Shown here: positions 11,439-22,922 of the stretch, in pieces
How the letters are laid out: each line of letters begins with the position of its first letter
Position numbering within the stretch: position 1 is the first letter of the stretch
Notes under the pieces: model-generated
Told to the model about the DNA's origin: nothing
What the model saw: only the letters and a program-made list of their open reading frames with translations
Database searches by the model: none
Translations under genes and position numbers: made by a program
Assembly: GCA_001179505.1 (NCBI GenBank)
Contig: CDMY01000656.1
Location: 124,001 to 188,000, forward strand
Length of the DNA: 64,000 bases
Source of the DNA: Vitrella brassicaformis CCMP3155
Taxonomy: Eukaryota; Protista; Chromerida
Direction: 5' to 3'

Positions 11439-14400
11439 ATGGGCGCGTCAGCATCCTCAGTCAACAGCGGCAGCCTCGCCACCTCCGCCATCCTGGGGCT
11501 GGAGAGCTCCGTGGCGACGGCCCAGGCAGCTGCTGGAGGGGATCCAGCCGCCCTCAACGCTTTCCTGCGAACAGTAATCAATCGAGGCTCTGCCGTGTCA
11601 AATGCCGCTGCAATCACGGTAGCAACACACGCCGCACCACAGACACAGAGGGGAGGTATCGCAGCACGCCTGAATCTGTGTGTTCTCCCATCAGGTATCT
11701 CGCGGCCTCTCGCCGTTGCTGGCCACATCTGACGTGGGCTTTGCGGCGCTGCTTGCGCAGATAGAGCGGGAGCGCCGCGACGGCAACGACGAGGGGGAGT
11801 ACGAGGATGATGAGTACCCCGACAGGGTGGGGCAGGCGTCCCCATGGCGGACGCGGCTGAAGCCCAAACTGGTCGATGGGTGGGAGGGGCCGGCGGGCGA
11901 GTTCCGCTGCCCCATTTGCCTGGACCTCATGGAACATCCGGTCATCACACCCTGCAAGTGAGCGGCAGGGAATGGGGAGGGAGGGAGGGAGGTGAGGCTG
12001 GGATCGTCTGTATGTGTGTGTGCGTGTGGGGCTGGCTGTGTGTTTCAATCAGGCATCTGTTTTGCGGCAACTGTTTGCTGACGGCCCTGTTGCGTCAGTC
12101 GGTGTGTCCGCTGTGCCGCGCCACGGCCTTCGTGGTGCAGCTGCAGCTGCTGCGCACAGATGCCACCAAGGACTCACAGGCCCTCTGGAAGGCATACAGT
12201 GCACTGAAGGTACGCCACAATCACCCCACCCACACACCCCATTCTACTGCACACGATGGATTTTGTTCTATGTCACAGGTGGAGTGTCCCCAGTGTTCAT
12301 GGCGCGGCCCCCTCGCCGACTGGCCGACCCACCGCACACACCGCCGGTCCATCCTGTCATTCACCAAGCGGGCGTCATCCCCCGACTCCCACAACAAGTG
12401 CCAGTGCTGCAGATGCACACAGGCGCGCATCCATTCGCGCAGCAGCAAGCGAGAGGACGGTGAGCCGGGGTCGCCTGTGGGCGGCAAGTTCGTGCGTCAG
12501 CCGCTGCCAACTGGAGCTGGGGAGGGGGAGGGAGAGAGGGAGAGGGTGGTGGTGGATATGGATGAGAGGCCGGAGGGTCCTGTGGAGCGGCTGCTGGCGT
12601 GGCTGGGCAAGCGGCCTTTTGTCAAGGCATCCAGGTAAGTTACGTGGTTCAGAGAATGAGTGGGCTGAGAATGTCTGTGTTCTCGATGCGCCCGTCTTGG
12701 TGTGTGGGTGTCTTCTGTCGCATGCGACGGACGATAGGCTGATGGTTGTGTCGCATCGCATGGAGAATCCCGCCGGGGCTATCGGCGGGTTTATTCTAGG
12801 GTCACAGATCAGCCACACCCAGGTGAGCAGATCCAAACCGACACACATCGACAGACTCATGCACCCTCCTCACATGTGATCAGGCCGTGTTGGAGCTTCA
12901 GCTAGATGCCGCCAGCCGCCCGTCGTCACCCACAGATGGTACCCAGAAGGCCGTCACCTGGTACGCACAAGACACACACACACACTCTCAAGACACACGC
13001 GCAGCCTCCCGGACCCTGTGTGTGTCAGGTATCTGAGCCTGGAGCTGTTCATTGACGAGGGTCTGAAGTGGTGGGTGGGTCGCGAGTTCCCCGAGCTCCG
13101 CCCGTCGGCCTCCACGCTGACCATCTACGACAACCTCAGTCTGGACTGCGCGGCGCTCGTGGCCTTCGTGGTGGAGACGCGGGACCGCCCATACTCACTG
13201 CTCGACTGGAACTGCCAGACATTCGTCAACAAACTCAAGCGTGTCGCACGTGAGTGAGACTCAGCCCTGCACCCCTGCCCCCCACCCACATGAGCACCTC
13301 TGCTGCGTGTGTGTGTGTTGGCTCAGAGGTGGCTGAGATGCGTTGCACCATCCAGTCCATCCCCCGCCCCTTCAGCCGCGCCACCCAGCTGCTGCCGCTC
13401 CTCAACTCGTTCGCATCCTCGGGCATCATCCCAACCCAACTAGACCTTCAGACTGCTGCTGGCGGCACTGTGCGAGCCACCCAACAGCCGGCGACTTCTG
13501 CTACGGTGGCCGCTCGTGTGGGGAAGGTGTCGCTGTGTCTTTACCCCACAGAGGACCGCAATCGGCAGTCACTCAGGCCCGCCGCCCAGCTCACTCGAGG
13601 CGTGATGGACGTCATCACGCGGGCATTGGCGGGCGCGGCAGCCAGCGCCGAGCGAATCCGATCCACAGTGACGGCACCCACATCGGCCGATGCGGAGCAG
13701 GATGACACTGGTGGTGAGCCGCCGCAGCACCAGCCGTCGTCGGCCATGATGAGTGCCCACGAGGATGAAGACAACGTGTCGGTGACTTCCTCCATGTGTA
13801 TATCGGCGAGGAGCGCACGGTCGGAGGCCTTCAGCGGGCGGCAGGTGGCACTCAGATACGACACACTGCCGGTGAGGGAGGCAAGGAGCCGAGAGAGAAG
13901 AAGGGAAGGGAAAAACGAACGACATCCACCACGAGGATCTCTCTTCTGTATCTGTCTGCCTGTCTGTCTGTCTGCTTCCAGGTGGTTGTTCTGGAGCTGC
14001 AGTCGACCTCCCCCCTCCCACCGCCCCCCTCCTCTCCCCACCGCAGCACCAGTGTGGCACCAACCCCCTTCACGCCCTCACCCTCCACCGCCACCTCCAG
14101 CAGCAGCCACGGCCACAAGTACATCACCCATGGCTACCTCAGCCTTGAGTTTAGGTCCGACAGCGGCCTCTTTTGGCACGTCTACGCCGACAAGCCACAG
14201 GCGCTGCGATCATCGGAGCTCGGCGAGGGGAATGGTGTGTCAGTGGACGGGGGGTACCCAAAGGTGGCCACGTGCGAGACCGATTTCGGCGTCGGGAAGC
14301 TGGTCGACTATCTGGAAGGCATCGAAGAGAAAGAGGTGCCTGAGCGGACGGGACAATGGGTGCACATGTCACATCCTGCCTGGCTGCATCTCTGCTTTGC

Positions 14401-14577
14401 GTGTGGTGTGTTGGTGTGTGTCAGTATCATCCGGTTCACTGGAGTTCCTGGTCATTTCTCGAGGGACTTCTCACGCACTGCTGCCCCGCACAGGCAGCCG
14501 ACCTGTTGGCGGCCGAGTTCGGCTCATCAGATGATGCCTCAGAGGGGCCACACACCGCCAGACAGACAACTATCTGA
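11439..14577 (+). CDS. RING (C3HC4) + Zn finger + two tandem permuted-papain-like (PPPDE/LRAT-type) domains; spliced
   Basis: Spliced CPICLDLMEHPVITPCK|HLFCGNCLLTALLRQSVCPLCR; VECPQCSWRGPLADWPTHRTH; repeat 1 SHTQ|AVLELQ...W|YLSLELFIDEGLKWWV...YSLLDWNCQTFV; repeat 2 VVVLELQ...YLSLEFRSDSGLFWHV...|YHPVHWSSWSFL. The RING is certain; the protease fold and first exon are inferred. Confidence 0.8.
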
Positions 14578-15654
14578 GAGAGTGGCTGAGAGGTCCGATT
14601 CGTTTTTTGTTTTGGGGATATGGGATATGGGATATGGGGGACGGCACAGCCTTTTTTGCTTTTTTGCTGAGAGGCATTTTCGCTGGCTAATTTTGTGGCG
14701 TGGACCAACCACATGGCTGGGCCGGGCGGTGTGTGTGAGGCTCATACACATGCATGAGCGCATGCATGCGGTGGAGACTCATGTGATTTGTCGGTTGGTT
14801 GAACCACGTGCACGGCTCTGCTTGACACGCTCCTGCACTATCACTCAGTCAGTCACTGCACCATCGCTGACGTCTACGCATCGGTATTGAGTAGCTTTCA
14901 CCATGACCAGACCATGCATCTGACCTATAGTCATCAACGTACTCGCACACAGGCAGAAAGGCACCACACGACATGCATCCTGACGCAAACCGAACAGCCG
15001 ATCAGACGCAATCGGTATTCGTCCCAAGCTAGCTGTGTCTACAGACATACACAGTCAACCCAGCAGTAGCGCTGCCCGTAGCTCGCTGCCCGATGAAGAA
15101 TGCCCTGCTCTCCCTCTTTTGAGAAGACAACAGAAGGCCCGGTCACTGCCTGGCCGCCGGCCGAATTTGCAGATGGCCGAGAGATGGAAGAGGGATACCA
15201 TGTAAGTCGTTTTTTGGGTGGAGTCTAGATGGACAGACGGGGCTTTGTGAGCACTTTAAATCCACAAGTGCAGTCGACCAAAAGCCAAGAAAACGGCTTT
15301 TATGCCAGTACCCGAAACGATCCCCCGCCAGCCCCGCGACGCAAAAAGGTCCCCCACCTTCCGCTGGACAGCTGCAGCTGCTCAAGCGTTCATGCATGTG
15401 TTCGTGCAGCTGATGGGCGCCAGATATCCCAGGCCTGCAGAGCAGAACGAGCGCGGAGGTGCTGGGGGGTGGCTTCCTCTTCAACACTCCAGCTGCAGTA
15501 TGCCTTGACTGAGTTCATGCATTTGGCACGTCTGTCTTCCTCGCCAAGATATGGTAAGCGAGAGATGGAGCTGTAGTTCAAAGGTTCATCCCCTTGTGCA
15601 CTTTGCCTTTGTCAATCACAGATGGATCAGCAAATCGGCTCGTGTCTCCGCAGC

Positions 15655-16175
15655 AGCAGCAGCAGCAGCAGCACCCCCCCCGCCCTTGGGGTCGCTCATT
15701 TCCCCTGTCCCTCTTCGACAGCCATCCCCACGCCCTCTCTCTTTGCAGCGAGCACTCGGCAGTGACCCAGCGACGGCAGTTGCGGCAATGCAACGTTATC
15801 AGGATGCCTTCTGCGAGTGCCAAATGAGGATGATGAATTCATGCATTTCTCACCTTCCTGTGTCGCCACGGTGAGGGAGAAACAGAAGGCCGTCTGCATG
15901 GCATCCATCCATGCCATCCGCTGTTGCTGTGGGTCTGCTGCAGTCACGCATCGATAGCACCACCGGCAGCCGCAGCAGCAGCGTGCACCCCAAGGTGCAC
16001 CCTCCTGCCCATCGAGAGATTCGCGTCTCTCTGCCCTTTTCCCTCTTCCGCCGCCCTTCACCCCACGCTCTCTGTGCTCGCCTAAAGCGGCCACCGCTAG
16101 GCAGCGGCCCGACCCACGGCAGCTATGGCAATGCAGCATCCAAGGAAGCATCAAGAAGAGGGCCTCTAAGAAGCA
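15655..16175. repeat. Diverged tandem duplication of about 180-200 bp (about 15655-15830 vs about 15965-16175)
   Basis: cagcagc...ccctcttcgacagccatccccacgccctctct...ggcagttgcggcaatgcaacgt versus cagcagc...ccctcttccgccgcccttcaccccacgctctct...ggcagctatggcaatgcagcat. Confidence 0.55.
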
Positions 16176-17679
16176 GCTTTGCAGCGGATTGAAGGGAAAG
16201 AAGGGCAGCCGGGCGACATGGGCAAGGATGGATGGACGGATCGATGGACGGGTGTGGGACAGAGGAGATGCCGAGCTGAGAAAGAGACACACAGACAGAC
16301 AATACATAGCAGAGAGACAGACAGAGCGATGAGCCGTGTTTGTAGCGTTTTTGTCTTGTGGGCATTGCTCTTTAAGTTTTGTGGCAAGGCCGATGGACAG
16401 ACTGCAGACAGATGGATGAATGGATGAATGGATGAATGGATGGATGGATGGATGGACAGACACATGGATGTGAATGGGCGGTGTGGCGCTGACCTCCAAC
16501 GAACGAACAAACAAACAAAATCCAATCCCTGGCAGCCGCCACGCCAAATGCCCACCACCTACACACCTGCCCACACGCTCACACACTCACCTGCCTGGCA
16601 GAACCATGAACACCAGCCGACGAGACAGCGGCGCCCGTCAGCCGAGCGGGTGGCTGCTCTCTCATCGGTAGTGTCTGGAAATGGCTGACACACACACACA
16701 CACACACACGCATACACACAAGGAGTCAACGCGCACGCCTACAGTGAACAATGTGACTGTTTGTGTGTGGAAGACAGACACGTTCATTGAGCTGTGAATG
16801 TGTTGGCGCGTCCCTGATGCCCTCGTGTGCACGAAGTTTGTTGCAATGAGGCAAACACTTGACACGAAGTCATGACCATGAAATTGAGTCCGTCATGCAA
16901 GCCCAACCAGTCACGAATGACAATAAACCACCTGCGCAGCCAAGGCAGGTACATAAAGGAGCTCTCCACACCGCTGTTCTCACAACAAGCCCCATCTCGG
17001 CCCTCTCTCCCTCTCTCAATTGTATTTGGCTCGTCAAGAGCTAGTTCTTCACTCTGAACACGCTTCTCGAAGCTTCACTGGCGCTTGACTGGCGCTTGAC
17101 TGGCGCTGTCCTCGCTTGATTTCGCCGAAAGACTGCTCCACTAACCCGATCGCCGTCTCGAGCTCGCTCCTTTTTTGCTTGCTCATCCCTCTTCCTGTCG
17201 CTGTGAATGCTCTGCATTCGAGTTCTCCTCCAGGTTTCTGTACTTCTCTCAGTGAAAGAGTGGCTGCAAACCAACGATCGCCATCGTGCGAGCTTTGAAT
17301 TTGATTGGCCGCGTGCATTGAATCAGGGTGAGCTGTGCCTGCGTCCCAGGCACACCCGGACCACCCGTCGCTGACTCGCTGCCTCCCTGCCTGCCTGTCT
17401 GCCTCGCTGCCTCCCCCTCCCTGACTCCCTGCCCTGCCTACCTACCTGACTGCCTGCCTCCGCCTGCCGTTCCCTGCCTGCGGCGGCCCCACACGCACAC
17501 ACACACACACACGGTAAGCCACGACTCGTCGCTTCCTCTCCACTCCGGTGCCCCACACGATGAGCGAGGCACAGACACACAGATCAGCCTGTTGGCGTAG
17601 TCATTCACACGCACACGCAAGGCGGGGCGGGGCAGGGCGCCCAGAGAAAGAAGGACAGACAGTGGGGAGGGGGAAAAGA

Positions 17680-18992
17680 CCGTCGGTATGAATGTGTATC
17701 TGTGGAGGTGTGTGTGTTCCTGGGTGCAGATGAGCCAGCGAGGCGAGCCAGCGTCTGCCGCCTCCGCTGCTGCTGCTGCCCCTGTTCCGCAGGGGCAGTC
17801 CGTATATCGGCAGGTCGGCCGATATTTGTACGAGGGCGACCGGCTGATCTACAGGATCAGCCGGGAGGGCGAGCACGTCCCATACGCCACCTACGAGGAC
17901 GGTACGGACGGAACAGGACAGACAGGGGATGGCAAACCGGCACAGGAATGTGTGTGTGGATGTGTATGTCTTTCTGTAATGTAGACCCGTTTGCGGCGCT
18001 GGTTGGCGAGGACGAGGGAGGATGGACGCCAGGTACGCAGAGGATACTCATGCGATATGTTCTGGAACATCCCCTCTCCGTCTGTTGCTGGATGATGTGC
18101 TCGTGTCACCCTCACTCAGGACGCCGCACGCCGCCCACGCCCGTCACGCCGCCTGAAAGCCGCCCCAGACTCGCCAGGAGCCCCGCTGACCTGGTACGCG
18201 AGAAGCACCAGATGCGCGCGCGGTTCGGCGCATGACAAAGCCGTATGACGTGTCTGTGTATGGTGTGTGGTCATCAGGAGAGATGGCGGCTGGCAGATGA
18301 GGTTCGCATAAACAAGAGAGGAGTCGTTGGTGGGGGCATCTGTGAACTGTGGTGTGTCCCTGTCTGTGTGTGTGGTCAGCGGCTGGCGCGAGAGGAAGCC
18401 CGCCAGCGCGAGAGACAGCTGCAGGTACGGAGCTGAGAGGATGGGTGTGGGTGGTCAGGGATTTGTCTCTTTTGTGTGTCTTTTGTGTGCTCAGCCCGCC
18501 GCAGCAGCACGAGGAGGTGGGCCATCTCGCCCATTCGCGGCCACGCCCACCACGATGCACACACAGGTGGCAAGTGAATGGGGTGCAGAAGTGGGTGCAT
18601 AGGGCGTTTGTGATGTGTGCGCTTGTGTGCATGTTGTTCAGGGTGCAGGGGCTCGCCAGCCACTCGCCCATCCACGGATGCACTGCCCCCCGATGGCCGC
18701 CTATGCCCACTTCGTACGAAACGACTAATTGAGGGCATATAAAGGCGCTCATATCGTGTTTTTCTTGTCTGTCAGCAGATGCATCCCATGGCCCGCACAC
18801 AGCACACACGAGTGGTACGACAAGACGCATACGATTCCGCTCACACGTACGTGTATGTGTGTTTCCTTGAGCAGCCCATTCACCGTGTTCCCAGCCCGGA
18901 GGACGACTGCTGCTGGTTGTGTTCGTGCTGCCGCTGGCTGGCGGCATCCCTCTGTGGACCACAATCAGATAACAGTGAGCGCCCTGAGTGAC
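17680..18992 (+). pseudogene. Shorter paralog or pseudogene of the low-complexity Cys-tail gene at 59400..62284 (inverted orientation)
   Basis: MSQRGEPASAAS...YRQVGRYLYEGDRLIYRISREGEHVPYATYEDG, DPFAALVGEDEGGWTPG, RRTPPTPVTPPESRPRLARSPADL, RLAREEARQRERQLQ and EDDCCWLCSCCRWLAASLC match the reverse complement of 59.4-62.3 kb, including introns, with internal deletions. Confidence 0.75.
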
Positions 18993-19145
18993 TCACCGGC
19001 CATAGCATGCACCACGTGCATCGGTTTGCGTCGTTCTCTGTTGGTCTCCGTGTGTGTAGGAGCCTACAGCAAGAAGAAGAGCTGCTGCTGCTGAACACGG
19101 GATAGGGGGCGGGGGAGAGAGGGAGGGAGGGAGGGAGGGAGGGAA

Positions 19146-19445
19146 NNNNNNNNNNNNNNNNNNNNNNNNNNNNNNNNNNNNNNNNNNNNNNNNNNNNNNN
19201 NNNNNNNNNNNNNNNNNNNNNNNNNNNNNNNNNNNNNNNNNNNNNNNNNNNNNNNNNNNNNNNNNNNNNNNNNNNNNNNNNNNNNNNNNNNNNNNNNNNN
19301 NNNNNNNNNNNNNNNNNNNNNNNNNNNNNNNNNNNNNNNNNNNNNNNNNNNNNNNNNNNNNNNNNNNNNNNNNNNNNNNNNNNNNNNNNNNNNNNNNNNN
19401 NNNNNNNNNNNNNNNNNNNNNNNNNNNNNNNNNNNNNNNNNNNNN
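19146..19445. other. Assembly gap (300 N) flanked by G/purine-rich tracts
   Basis: Run of n, with (GGGA)n-like sequence on both sides. Confidence 0.99.
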
Positions 19446-19582
19446 GAGGGGGAGGGGGGGAGGGAGGGAAAGGGAGAGAGGGAGGGAGAGAGTGGATTGG
19501 CCGCGCAGTGCGGTAGTCACGGCACGGCAATGGTGCATTGCTCGCTGACGGACTGAGAGAAGGGGAAAGGGGGGGGAGGGGG

Positions 19583-20555
19583 CTTTGGTTCTGCATCGTG
19601 TTTCTGGGGGCTCGGTTCGGTCCGGCTCCGGTTCTTACGTACCGGACGATAGTGAGCGACAAGAACACGTGGATGGTGAAGGGCGGGGCGTTTGGGCTGC
19701 AGGCCGTGTCGTTCTTCTGGGGATACAAGATCGTGACGGGGCTGGGCAGGGGACTGGCGGCCAAATTCTGCGGACGCAAGGACCTTGCAAAGACCTACTG
19801 ACGGACTGACTGACTGAGGGCGTTGGGTGGTCTGACCTGATCTTGCTGCCTTGATCTTCTGTTTGGGTGCCTGTGTATGGGTGTGTGGTGTCTTGTTTTG
19901 GTGCGGCTGCTGCCTGGCCTGGCGAGGGGGTCGCTTGTGTAAGTTGCCTGGCTGGCTGGTCGCTTGGTCGCTCGGTTTTGCTGACTGACGGACGGACTGT
20001 ACAGAGTGCCTGCCTGCCTGTCTGTCTGTCTGTCTATCTGCCTATATCAATCAAGCGGTCCACTGAGTGGTCTGTCTGTCAGACTGATTGCTGCATGCGG
20101 GGGCGTGGCTCTTGGTGCACATGACGTATATATATCTGTGACCGATCGATATCTATAGAGCGCTGCTGTCTGTTTGACCGCCTGCCTGCCCACACGTTTG
20201 TACGTCTATCTGTCTGTCTGTCTGTGTGGATGTAGTGAGTATGTGTGTCTGTGTGTGGCTTGGTATGTCTGCTTGCGGCCTATCCGCTGTACTGCGACGG
20301 ACCGAACGAGCCTTTTCCGAGATACATCGTCCGTCCCATCCCTTCCTCTCTCTCGGGATCTGCTGGCTGGTGCCTTGTCAGTCAGTCTGTGTCAGTGTGG
20401 CCTCTTCCATTTTCGGGGGCCACACGGCACGGCCGTCCACACGTGCATGAAGCGCATGTGTGGCTGCCCATGGCGTGGGGGCGTGCGAGACGGAAGAGGC
20501 GCACGACACTGAGGGAGGCCAAATGCAAGAGTAGGAGATTGGTCCAGTGAGTGGT
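19583..20555 (+). pseudogene. 5'-truncated inverted copy of the last exon and 3' flank of the TLC-domain gene (source about 39700..40722)
   Basis: LWFCIVFLGARFGPAPVLTYRTIVSDKNTWMVKGGAFGLQAVSFFWGYKIVTGLGRGLAAKFCGRKDLAKTY* is identical in protein to ORF 40501..41037. About 750 bp of downstream non-coding sequence also aligns. Confidence 0.85.
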
Positions 20556-20948
20556 GTTCTCTTCCTCGGATATCGCCCATGAGCATGCAATGGAGAGAGA
20601 GAGAGAGAGAGGGAGGGAGAGGAGAGAGAGGAGAGATGAGGGGGACGGGGATGCAAGTGGATGAATGGATGGATGAAAAGTCGCTTTGTAGTAGGTGTAT
20701 AATGATGGTTCTCTTTCTCGGACAAGCGACACTTTCTGGGCCTACTCTGCATTGTACAATCAGAGGACTTGAGAAGAAACAGACCTTGCTCATGACTACC
20801 TGGATGCTTGTAGTCAAGGCTTCGGTTGAAAATTGGCGTGTCCTCGGACCCATACGGCGGCTCGCCGAACTCACCCTCGGCCCGGCCAGATCAATAAACT
20901 CCAGCGTCTTCTGACAGTACTATTATTTCTTCCTCGGTGGCGTCGAGG

Positions 20949-22650
20949 ATGCGGACTTTCGTGCTTTTCTGCGGGTGTCTGCTGGCCTGCAGTGCCTCTG
21001 GGGGAGCGCCAAAACGGAGGACGACTGGCTGGGGCCACCATTTCCGCCACCGCAGCAAGCACGGAGGCCACCACGGTTGGCATCCCAAATGGCACCACAC
21101 TGGCGGATGGCATCACGGAGGACACTACCACACAAAGCCCCGCCCTCCTCCCGTATACTACGTGCCTCCTCCAGTGCACCAGGGCCCTTACCCCGCCATC
21201 AGGTAAGCCAGAACCTCAGGCAGACGCCAGCAGAAAAAAGATGGAGGTGGTGTGTATGTTTCTCAGGTGCAACGAGTTCACTGGAGAGGCTGGCAGGGAC
21301 GGGCTCCCGCTACTCAAAGCTTACGACACAGAGCAGGTCCTCTTGGCAGTTGGCCTGTGTTGGGTGGAGGCTGACAGTAAGGCCCGTTTGTATGCTGTCG
21401 GGTGTGTGGACAGATTCTGCTTGGAGCCTGGAGACCTGAGTTCAACAGCGATGTGTTTGGCGACACCCCGTTGGCCAGTGTGCAATACGAGGGCGACGTG
21501 AGCCATCTCTACCTGGATGTGTTCGGCATCGACAACTCAGGGGGACCGAATGCCAAGACCATCACCATCGAAGGCGTCAAGGTCCTCATATCGACTTCCT
21601 GCCGTGAGTGCACACGCAGGACCATAGGGTGGGTGTGCACTTGTCCGTGTATGGCTGTGTGTGGGTGCGTTCGCAGAGTCAGGCTTCAGCGGAAAGGTCG
21701 TGACTGCGCAAGTGGGGCTGACCGCCGTCGACGCCAAGACAGGTGCAAAGGGCCCGCACGTGTGGTGCCCTGTGAAGGTCGAGTGCCCACCTCCGGGCAC
21801 CCCTATCATCAAGTGCTCATACACACCCAGATGCGTCGCTCTGTCGGGTGCAACCATGGTCCTTGTGTACGTGTCTTTGATTTCCAGGTGCAACATTTCC
21901 CTGTGGCAGCCCGGGACACGGAGACAGGCCTGCCGTACCTAAAGGGTTACGATGCAGCCCAGGTCGGCCAGGCCACCTGCACCCCCCCTCTGTGCTCTCG
22001 TGTAAGCAGGTACATGTGTGTGTTCGTCTGTTTGGCTTTGTTCAGGACCAGATAGGGGTGATGACCTCGTCGGCATCTGACCCCGTGTATGGTGGGCAGT
22101 CGCTCGTGTCAGTGCACTACGCGGGCCGATCGCTAAAAGAGGAGGAGCTTTCGAGCCTCGACGTGGTGGGCTGGCTGCACGGACCGACCGACGGACCGAC
22201 GGACGCAATGACAGACACGGAGAGGCTGGTGTGTGTGTGTGTGTGTGTGTTTGGATGGATGCAGACGTATGACACTGAGGACGACAAGCAGGTGCTCGAG
22301 GTCGTCACAGTGCCGCCCAAAGCAATCAAGGCCACGACATGCGGTCCGTGCGTGCGTGTGAATGAGTACACACATAGCCACACTCCTTGCGCCTACCTGG
22401 CTGTGTGGCTCTGCTGCCCGTGGGTGTGTGGACACACGCAGAGCTGGAGGGAACGTCGAGCAAGCACCCGATTCCGGTGGCCGTCAAGGTGACCCTTCCG
22501 AGCGGCGCTACAAACTCCAAAGTGTGCCCGGTGATAGCGGAATCCTGCGAGTGAGTCGAGTGGGAGTGGGGGCTGACCTGTCCATCCATCCATCCATCAT
22601 CCGTGCGTTGTCCAGAATCTATGGCCAGCCATTGTGCATAGTCGTGTGAA
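20949..22650 (+). CDS. Secreted protein: signal peptide, His/Gly/Trp-rich segment, Pro linker and two copies of an unrecognised Cys-containing domain; about 8 exons
   Basis: MRTFVLFCGCLLACSASGG then WGHHFRHRSKHGGHHGWHPKWHHTGGWHHGGHYH. Repeat 1 GLPLLKAYDTEQ|...VFGDTPLASVQYEG...WCPVKVEC; repeat 2 GLPYLKGYDAAQ|...VYGGQSLVSVHYAG...VCPVIAESC. The 3' end and one splice junction are uncertain. Confidence 0.75.
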
Positions 22651-22886
22651 GTGATTTATGTATGTGTGTGCGTGTGTGTGTGTGTGCGGTTTGTGAGGGT
22701 CTGTGAGTCCACGCATATGTATGTGCGTATGAGTGGGTATATGGCGAGGGTGTTGGAGCATTTGGAAGCCCGGAAGGGTCATGACCGACCGGCGTCTAAT
22801 GAGACCAGCAGCGTGTAGCGCGATTTTCGGTCACATATCCAGGGAGGGAAGGAGGGAGGGAAGGCTCGAGGGATGCATCAGTCGAT

Positions 22887-22922
<36 letters not shown>

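Noticed and set aside
15350-15440. FRWTAAAAQAFMHVFVQLMG, faintly like a GARP/Myb helix
   Set aside because: Short, lacks the SHLQK-type recognition helix, and no supporting exons were found.
17078-17108. Three tandem copies of an 11-mer (ctggcgcttga)
   Set aside because: No spacers and no cas genes, so not CRISPR; too short to call more than a minisatellite.
18880-19779. Long ORFs spanning the N runs (also 47217..47868)
   Set aside because: Artefacts of translating N as X.
19583-20555. TLC fragment as a retrocopy
   Set aside because: No poly(A) tail or target-site duplication, and the segment contains no intron whose loss could be tested.
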